DNA of 64,000 nucleotides, from assembly GCF_054482525.1 (NCBI RefSeq), contig NZ_CM137006.1, one strand, 5' to 3'. The position numbers and the translations under genes were made by a program. Under the pieces are notes generated by a model. That model ran no database searches and was not told the origin of the DNA. It saw nothing but the letters and a program-made list of their open reading frames with translations. Within the stretch, counting starts at the first letter, position 1. Every line of letters begins with the position of its first letter. Positions 39,636-45,816 of the stretch are shown in pieces.

Positions 39636-40187
39636 TTACGCCACCTGCTCTTTCTTGATACGTTGCACCGTCTGCGTGCTGACACTGAAATCTTTTGCTA
39701 CGCTCCGAATTGAGCCACCATTCGCGAGAGCGGCAGCAATTCCCGCTCGATCAATTGCTTTTCCATTACCACGTTTTGCTATACGTCCAGCGGCCTTGGC
39801 TGCGGCGATCCCTTCACGTTGACGCTCAAGCATCATTTCACGTTCCATTTGTGCCACTGCTGCAAGAACTGTGAGCATCATATTCCCTGCGGGAGAGTTC
39901 TTTCCTGTCTTAAAGTCTTCTTTATGGAAATGCACAGACACGCCGCGCTTTGTTAATTGCTCTACAGTTGCCAGAAGGTCGGCTGTATTACGACAAAGGC
40001 GATCAATACTATGGACGTGTAACACGTCACCCTCCCGCACATAGTTCATCATTGCCTCAAACTGTGGGCGCTGAGTGTTCTTGCCTGACGCTTTATCTTC
40101 AAAGACTTTATCAAGAGTTACTCCTGCTAATTGACGGTCTGTGTTTTGTTGCACAGTCGATACCCTAATGTATCCAATATTAGCCAT
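39636..40187 (-). CDS. serine recombinase (resolvase/invertase family)
   Basis: MANIGYIRVSTVQQNTDRQ contains the catalytic Ser. Also VHSIDRLCRN and a C-terminal HTH (SIRSVAKDFSVSTQTVQRI). 183 aa. Confidence 0.9.
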   Translation of the reverse strand: MANIGYIRVSTVQQNTDRQLAGVTLDKVFEDKASGKNTQRPQFEAMMNYVREGDVLHVHSIDRLCRNTADLLATVEQLTKRGVSVHFHKEDFKTGKNSPAGNMMLTVLAAVAQMEREMMLERQREGIAAAKAAGRIAKRGNGKAIDRAGIAAALANGGSIRSVAKDFSVSTQTVQRIKKEQVA

Positions 40188-40214
40188 CTTCTTTTTTCTT
40201 CTGTATTGATTTGT

Positions 40215-40318
40215 GTGTAGTGATTATTGAACGTGTTGATTAGGTGTGTAAAGTACTTTTTTCACTACGAAATTCGAAGTTTTTTAGTGTGGTGATTTAG
40301 CCTGCCTTATCACTACAC
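40215..40318. promoter_or_regulatory. res-like site upstream of the serine recombinase gene
   Basis: Perfect 10-bp inverted repeat GTGTAGTGAT (40215-40224) / ATCACTACAC (40309-40318), with inner related half-sites TCACTAC (40262-40268) and TAGTGTGGTGA (40285-40295). Confidence 0.5.
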
Positions 40319-40572
40319 TTCTTGCATGAGAATCATGTAGTTACATTTTGGTAAAATTAGCAAGCTATTAAATTGTGTGTTTATTTTGAAAAAATAATTT
40401 TTGTTGCATTAAAGAAAACTTGTTCGACAAATAATAGGTTGATTTTTGATCAATAATTTCTGATAGTGCTCTGTAAGCCGCATTACACAAGGCGCAGCGA
40501 AAGTGATGTAAAAGTGAAGAAAGCTAACATTGCACTTTTAAACTACTTTTCATTGAATTTTTTAGTATGGAA

Positions 40573-40643
40573 TTACACAGGAATAAGTTAGGGATATTCT
40601 ATGATTTACACAGGGAATATAGGGGGATTATGGTATTACACAG
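40573..40643 (+). repeat. three direct repeats of about 20 bp with core TTACACAG, spaced 33 and 30 bp
   Basis: TATGGAATTACACAGGAATA, TATGATTTACACAGGGAATA and TATGGTATTACACAGAGTGA. Cores are at 40573, 40606 and 40636. Confidence 0.7.
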
Positions 40644-40673
40644 AGTGAGTGCTATGTGATGATTGGTAGTAAC

Positions 40674-40782
40674 GGTAGGTCACTGTGAACTAGGGGGGTA
40701 GGTCACTGTGAACTAGGGGGGTAGGTCACTGTGAGCTAGGGGGTAGGTCACTGTGAACTAGGGGGTAGGTCACTGTGAACTA
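40674..40782 (+). repeat. five contiguous iterons (GGTAGGTCACTGTGAACTAGGGG, period 23/23/22/22 bp): putative vegetative origin
   Basis: Read directly from the sequence. Copy 3 carries one A-to-G change. The array is immediately followed by an AT-rich tract. Confidence 0.85.
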
Positions 40783-40877
40783 CAATAAGACTATAATAAG
40801 ACTATTAATAAAACTATATTAGATTATTAATTAGATCATAATAATAATATTCTTTATATCTATATATATATGATCTT
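40783..40877. other. AT-rich tract next to the iterons (candidate DNA-unwinding element)
   Basis: Almost pure A/T, with internal AATAAGACTAT x2 and a TATATATATAT run. Confidence 0.5.
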
Positions 40878-41883
40878 TTGCCTTCCGGCGTTAGCTTCAC
40901 TCTCTGGCAAGCAGCCTTACTCCGCTACCTTTCGGGCTACGTTGGCTGGCCCGTTCCGCTCACACCGAAAGCAAAGCGTTACTTTCTTCGTGTAACTTCG
41001 TTGGCGGTAACGCCCACGAAGGAATACTATTGCGCTGTGCGCAGTAAGAGTAATCACCTAACCAATCATCTGATTGCTTACGTGTTAACTCTCTCTAACT
41101 CTTAATTACCCTCCTACATTTAATAACTCTCGTTATTCTCTGTAGTTGTGTAATTACTCGAAGAGAGAGCGGCTAAAGCTCAATTACACTCTGCTTTCCT
41201 CGTGTAATTTCACTAAGCCTCAATACAATTTCACTTCCTACATTCTGTAGTCGTGTAATTGTTTTCGGTGGAAAAGCCAGAGGCGACACCGAAAGAGAAT
41301 TCTGATCTTATTAATCTTATCTATCTTAGTTATCTTACTTACTTTATCTACTTTATTATTAATAATAGCTTTATAAGCTCTCTGTGTAGCTCTCTGACGC
41401 AAGAAACAGAGTTCAGGAAGGGAATCACCTTAGAAAAGTGTTCTTTGCGTCATAATGTGTTTTATGAAGGATTCAGAGGTGTTTCATAACAGAGATGTAT
41501 AGAGGATACTTTAGGTAATTAAAAATAAGGGGTCTAAATGCTTCTCTAACAGCATTAAGCAGGGTAGAGAATGGAAACCGCTTTGCCTACATATATAAAC
41601 TCACTACAGGGCTTTACAGAGCGTTTTATAAAGTGACTCTCTGTTTTATATCTACCATCACCTTTTCATATACCTAACAAATACAAAATAAGCCCCTTAA
41701 ATAAGCCTCTGGCGAGCTAAACAGCCATTACATAAGAGAATGTATTGCTTTTATCAAAACCTCGTTAGAACGCGTTTTAGAGCGTTTTAGCGGATAATGA
41801 AGAATAGCACTACACAGGAGAGCACGAATTGCTAAGAAAAAATGTAACTACATGAAAAAGATCAGATTTTTTGTGAAAAGGTA

Positions 41884-41912
41884 TTGACAAACGTCTCTTT
41901 CTGTGCAATAAT
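41884..41912 (+). promoter_or_regulatory. predicted sigma70 promoter upstream of the rep-like operon
   Basis: TTGACA (41884-41889), 17 bp, then AATAAT (41907-41912). Confidence 0.5.
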
Positions 41913-41965
41913 AGGTATTAGAGGGACAGGAATAGATTCTTATCCTCTAAATAATTAAACCAATG

Positions 41966-42010
41966 CACCGCACTTTGAAGCCCAAGGCTTGTAAGGTGTG
42001 TTTTTTCTTT
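41966..42010 (+). terminator. intrinsic-terminator-like hairpin between the promoter and the first ORF (attenuator, or the 3' end of a roughly 90-nt sRNA)
   Basis: Long imperfect stem 41966-41982/41986-42000 around a CAA loop, followed by TTTTTTCTTTT. It lies 29 bp upstream of the ATG at 42039. Confidence 0.55.
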
Positions 42011-42038
42011 TAACCAAATAGAATAAGGAGGCTAATTA

Positions 42039-42227
42039 ATGAAATATTTTACTCCACAGGATGTAGTAGAAGCCTGGAAACGTGGTGAGATCAACCGCTT
42101 TAAAGTAAGGATGTATAGAAACACCGCTCGCCGTTGTGGTTATCCAGAGCGTGAAAAATGTTTTGACGATGCACTAAAAATTATTGATGAACTGCGTAAA
42201 GCTGAGAAAGAAGCAGAGAAAAAATAA
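42039..42227 (+). CDS. 62-aa basic/acidic small protein, unknown function
   Basis: Strong AAGGAGG Shine-Dalgarno 8 nt upstream. It is the first ORF of a tightly packed 4-gene cluster. Confidence 0.65.
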   Translation: MKYFTPQDVVEAWKRGEINRFKVRMYRNTARRCGYPEREKCFDDALKIIDELRKAEKEAEKK

Positions 42228-42249
42228 TAGACAAGAGAAGGAGAAAACT

Positions 42250-42417
42250 ATGAGCGAAACTAAGAAACCAATTCCGCGCACTTACCTACACGTTGACCCT
42301 GAAATCTTCAAGGTTTTATTTGCTGAAGCCAAGAAAAGGCAAATTATGGTCAGTGATTTGATGTTAGAAATCATTACTGAAGCAGCAGAGAACATCAAAC
42401 AAAAAAAGGGTAAGTGA
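42250..42417 (+). CDS. 55-aa ribbon-helix-helix (CopG/Arc-like) protein candidate
   Basis: Start at MSETKKPIPRTYLHV after AAGGAGAA. The beta-strand, helix, helix pattern (RTYLHVDPEIFKVLFAEAKKRQIMVSDLMLEII) fits an RHH fold. The ORF-track start at 42184 is rejected. Confidence 0.6.
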   Translation: MSETKKPIPRTYLHVDPEIFKVLFAEAKKRQIMVSDLMLEIITEAAENIKQKKGK

Positions 42418-42468
42418 TCCTCATTCACTTTAGTAGCGCATTAAGCGTGATTTATAAGGAGATTTTTA

Positions 42469-43158
42469 ATGATTAATCAACTAACTTTTACAAAACACTA
42501 TGACACGTTTGATAATGTATCAAAGATTTATTCTGATAAATTCCCTCAAGGAAAAGATTTAGATCTATTACATATTGTGCTTTATTTTCGATTCCTTAGT
42601 TATCAGGAAAACAACCTTAATTGTTATGAAAGTCACGAAACATTAGCTAAGATTTTTAAGTCTTCAGCGTCAACAATTAAACGTAAGATAAACGATCTTA
42701 AAGAGATGGGATTATTAGAAACATCCCCACATCCTGATCCGTATATTTCATCTTTGATTTACAATGCTCTCCCTCTCACAGATGCACATATTACTCCCCC
42801 AGGAGAATCATCACTCTCTGATCTTTCTGAGGCAGAAGAAGCACAGGAACAACCTAAAGGCCATAAACAGCCTTCTTTTGATGTTCTTGATGATTGGGAT
42901 ACGCCTTTACCCTGGGAGACGGAAGAAACACCTGTTTCATCAAGTGAAAAAGTAGCTAATGATAATGAGGAGGATGTGTTAGAGAATTTTGCCTCTCTTA
43001 TCATCCAGGAGAAACACACAAGAACAGGAGGAGCATCATTTATTGAGTTTGCAAATTCACTAGCTTGTAGATACGGGCTAAAACGACCAAATGGTATTGA
43101 GGCATATTTTTCTAAGAATTACCCAAATATATACGATGACTTTGATATTCCATTTTAA
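42469..43158 (+). CDS. putative replication initiator (winged-helix N-terminal domain, acidic C-terminal half)
   Basis: HETLAKIFKSSASTIKRKINDLKEMGLLE is an HTH/wHTH like those in DnaD/Rep-type initiators. AAGGAG Shine-Dalgarno. It is encoded near the iteron array. The function is inferred. Confidence 0.55.
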   Translation: MINQLTFTKHYDTFDNVSKIYSDKFPQGKDLDLLHIVLYFRFLSYQENNLNCYESHETLAKIFKSSASTIKRKINDLKEMGLLETSPHPDPYISSLIYNALPLTDAHITPPGESSLSDLSEAEEAQEQPKGHKQPSFDVLDDWDTPLPWETEETPVSSSEKVANDNEEDVLENFASLIIQEKHTRTGGASFIEFANSLACRYGLKRPNGIEAYFSKNYPNIYDDFDIPF

Positions 43159-43169
43159 TAAGGAGGGTT

Positions 43170-43415
43170 ATGATTCAATATTTAGTAAAAAATCAAGTAG
43201 ACAGAATTCAGTGTAATGACACAGGAAAACGCATCTACGAGACACTTGTTTACCTCTATAAAGGAAAGCCAACACCGCTAAAATATAGCGATGTGTTACA
43301 TCGAGCAGGTTGCTCTGAGTCAGGTTTAAAATTCTGGCTGAAACAGCTATCAAATTTCGGTGTTATTGAAATGAAAGAGCTGTCTTTTTCTACATTCAAC
43401 CTCAAGAAGTTATAG
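43170..43415 (+). CDS. 81-aa winged-helix-like small DNA-binding protein candidate
   Basis: AAGGAGGG Shine-Dalgarno. The YSDVLHRAGCSESGLKFWLKQLSNFGVIE segment looks like a wHTH. Confidence 0.55.
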   Translation: MIQYLVKNQVDRIQCNDTGKRIYETLVYLYKGKPTPLKYSDVLHRAGCSESGLKFWLKQLSNFGVIEMKELSFSTFNLKKL

Positions 43416-43483
43416 AAAATAGAATTCATCTATTCCACGCTCTAATTCTATTTCTCTGTTTAATATAAAAGGAAAACATTATT

Positions 43484-43561
43484 ATGGTAATAGCTATGTG
43501 GTGGTTGTTGTTTTTTATGCTCGTAGAAACATATGCAAGTAAGTCTGGAAAACAAAAATAA
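43484..43561 (+). CDS. candidate 25-aa hydrophobic peptide (MVIAMWWLLFFMLVETYASKSGKQK)
   Basis: Hand-translated. AAGGA lies 10 nt upstream. It has a hydrophobic N-terminal part and a basic tail, like type I toxins or small membrane peptides. There is no other support. Confidence 0.25.
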   Translation: MVIAMWWLLFFMLVETYASKSGKQK

Positions 43562-43580
43562 TATATTGATGATTTGTTTT

Positions 43581-43820
43581 TTATAACTTCGTGGTGTCAA
43601 GTCCAGCAGCTTTGAGTCGCTCGGTAAGATTTCTCATTTTGCTGAACTCTGTACCAAAGCTGGCTTTAAGTCCTACACCTTCACAAAACTCTTTTGCCGT
43701 AACCTTTTTCAGATGGTCAGCATATTTGATCATCTGGAGGTGCATTTCCATCGTTTGGCTATTTCGTGGTGCGCTGCTAATGGCTTGCTTAATGTTCTCG
43801 TAGATCTGGGTTTCTGTCAT
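43581..43820 (-). CDS. 79-aa protein of unknown function at the right end of the island
   Basis: Clean ORF, MTETQIYENIKQAISSAPRNSQ... It is the last gene before attR. Confidence 0.6.
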   Translation of the reverse strand: MTETQIYENIKQAISSAPRNSQTMEMHLQMIKYADHLKKVTAKEFCEGVGLKASFGTEFSKMRNLTERLKAAGLDTTKL

Positions 43821-44032
43821 TTTTTATCTCACCTATCAAATTTAGATAAATAATATAAATTAGCAAATTAAGATAATCAATAGTTTTTATCATCTGAATG
43901 ATAGATGTTAAATGTTTCTTTTTCATTTCTGATATGGGGTACAAAATGGGGTACACAGAGAAGAAGCAATTAATGGAGGCGAGCTTGCATCTGCAAGCCA
44001 CTTCCCCTAAGCTGGCACAAAATATAGAGATT

Positions 44033-44166
44033 CAACCAAACGACTCGGGGTGCCCTTCTGCGTGAAGGCTGAGAAATACCCGTATCACCTGATCTGGATA
44101 ATGCCAGCGTAGGGAAGTCACGGACCACCAGGTCATTGCTTCTTCACGTTATGGCAGGAGCAAACT
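44033..44166 (+). promoter_or_regulatory. complete TPP (thi-box) riboswitch of thiM; its first 82 nt form the attR repeat
   Basis: CGACTCGGGGTGCCCTTCTGCGTGAAGGCTGAGAAATACCCGTATCACCTGATCTGGATAATGCCAGCGTAGGGAAGTC matches the well-studied E. coli thiM aptamer. It is followed by the native expression platform and a GGAG Shine-Dalgarno. Confidence 0.92.
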
Positions 44167-44955
44167 ATGCAAGTCGACCTGCTGAGTTCCGCGCAATCTG
44201 CGCACGCGTTACACCTTTTTCACCAACATTCCCCTCTTGTGCACTGCATGACCAACGATGTGGTGCAAACCTTTACTGCCAATACCTTGCTGGCGCTCGG
44301 TGCATCGCCAGCGATGGTTATCGAAACCGAAGAGGCCAGTCAGTTTGCGGCTATCGCCAGTGCGTTGCTGATTAACGTTGGCACGCTGACGCAGCCACGC
44401 GCACAGGCGATGCGTGCCGCCGTTGAACAGGCAAAACGCTCTCAAACACCCTGGATGCTTGATCCAGTAGCGGTGGGTGCACTCGATTATCGCCGCCGTT
44501 TTTGTCTGGAACTTCTGTCTCATAAGCCAACCGCCATACGTGGTAATGCTTCGGAAATCATGGCATTAGCTGGCGTTGCTAATGGTGGACGGGGAGTGGA
44601 TACCACTGACGCCGCAGCTAACGCGATACCCGCTGCACAAACACTGGCACGGGAAACTGGCGCAATCGTCGTGGTCACTGGCGAGATGGATTATGTTACC
44701 GATGGACATCGTATCATTGGTATTCACGGTGGCGATCCGTTAATGACCAAAGTGGTAGGAACTGGCTGTGCATTATCGGCGGTTGTCGCTGCCTGTTGTG
44801 CGTTACCAGGCGATATGCTGGAAAATGTCGCATCTGCCTGTCACTGGATGAAACAAGCCGGAGAACGCGCAGTCGCCAGAAGCGAGGGGCCAGGCAGTTT
44901 TGTTCCACATTTCCTTGATGCGCTCTGGCAATTGACGCAGGAGGTGCAGGCATGA
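44167..44955 (+). CDS. thiM: hydroxyethylthiazole kinase
   Basis: 262 aa ([32 protein letters not shown]..), matching K-12 ThiM. The stop overlaps the thiD start. Confidence 0.95.
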   Translation: MQVDLLSSAQSAHALHLFHQHSPLVHCMTNDVVQTFTANTLLALGASPAMVIETEEASQFAAIASALLINVGTLTQPRAQAMRAAVEQAKRSQTPWMLDPVAVGALDYRRRFCLELLSHKPTAIRGNASEIMALAGVANGGRGVDTTDAAANAIPAAQTLARETGAIVVVTGEMDYVTDGHRIIGIHGGDPLMTKVVGTGCALSAVVAACCALPGDMLENVASACHWMKQAGERAVARSEGPGSFVPHFLDALWQLTQEVQA

Positions 44956-45752
44956 AACGAATTAACGCTCTGACGATTGCCGGTACTGATCCGAGTGGTG
45001 GTGCGGGGATTCAGGCCGATCTTAAAACCTTCTCGGCACTTGGCGCTTATGGTTGCTCAGTGATTACTGCACTGGTGGCGCAAAATACCCGTGGCGTACA
45101 GTCGGTGTATCGCATTGAGCCTGATTTTGTCGCCGCCCAGCTCGATTCGGTGTTCAGCGATGTGCGAATCGACACCACTAAAATCGGTATGTTGGCGGAA
45201 ACCGATATTGTTGAAGCGGTGGCAGAACGGTTGCAACGTTATCAGATCCAAAACGTGGTACTCGACACCGTTATGCTGGCAAAAAGCGGCGACCCGCTGC
45301 TTTCACCTTCGGCGGTTGCTACGCTGCGCAGTCGATTATTGCCACAGGTTTCATTAATAACGCCAAACTTGCCCGAAGCTGCTGCCTTGCTCGACGCGCC
45401 ACACGCGCGCACCGAACAGGAAATGCTGGAACAAGGGCGATCGCTGTTGGCGATGGGCTGTGGCGCAGTGCTAATGAAAGGTGGTCATCTGGATGATGAA
45501 CAAAGCCCGGACTGGCTGTTTACCCGCGAGGGTGAACAACGGTTTACGGCACCGCGCATTATGACCAAAAACACCCACGGCACTGGTTGTACACTCTCTG
45601 CGGCGTTGGCTGCACTACGCCCGCGCCATACAAACTGGGCAGACACCGTCCAGGAGGCAAAAAGCTGGCTTTCATCGGCGTTAGCCCAGGCCGACACGCT
45701 GGAAGTTGGTCACGGTATTGGTCCGGTTCACCACTTCCACGCCTGGTGGTGA
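44952..45752 (+). CDS. thiD: hydroxymethylpyrimidine / phosphomethylpyrimidine kinase
   Basis: 266 aa ([27 protein letters not shown]..), matching K-12 ThiD. Confidence 0.95.
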   Translation: MKRINALTIAGTDPSGGAGIQADLKTFSALGAYGCSVITALVAQNTRGVQSVYRIEPDFVAAQLDSVFSDVRIDTTKIGMLAETDIVEAVAERLQRYQIQNVVLDTVMLAKSGDPLLSPSAVATLRSRLLPQVSLITPNLPEAAALLDAPHARTEQEMLEQGRSLLAMGCGAVLMKGGHLDDEQSPDWLFTREGEQRFTAPRIMTKNTHGTGCTLSAALAALRPRHTNWADTVQEAKSWLSSALAQADTLEVGHGIGPVHHFHAWW

Positions 45753-45816
45753 GCACCTTACTATAGCTGCTTTGGTTATTGTCAGCCTTTGGCGCTGACA
45801 TTCAGGGATGAAACCA

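Larger units (their letters stand above)
36143..44032. mobile_element. 7.9-kb integrative plasmid-like element inserted in the thiM TPP riboswitch (one att repeat plus unique DNA)
   Basis: Perfect 82-bp direct repeats at 36143-36224 and 44033-44114. The flanking genes rcnR and thiM are adjacent in K-12. The integrase gene starts 84 bp inside the left repeat. The interior is visibly AT-rich and holds iterons, a serine recombinase and Rep-like genes. Confidence 0.85.

Noticed and set aside
40674-40782. Possible CRISPR array
   Set aside because: The repeats are contiguous (22-23-bp period) with no spacers, there are only five copies, and there are no cas genes. The pattern fits plasmid iterons.
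40878-41489. 75-aa (40878-41105) and 76-aa (41259-41489) ORFs in the island's non-coding region
   Set aside because: Both use TTG starts without Shine-Dalgarno sequences. The first overlaps a hairpin-rich GC block. The second is a low-complexity translation (LIYLSYLTYFIYFIINN) of an AT-rich repeat tract.
44011-44027. Sigma54-like TGGCAC element at the island's right end
   Set aside because: The -12 element is missing: ATATAG lies where TTGC is expected five bases downstream. A sigma70-type TTGCAT/TAAGCT pair fits better.
44136-44375. 79-aa ORF overlapping the riboswitch and thiM 5' end
   Set aside because: It is out of frame with thiM and starts inside the riboswitch expression platform. 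thiM in the other frame is unambiguous.
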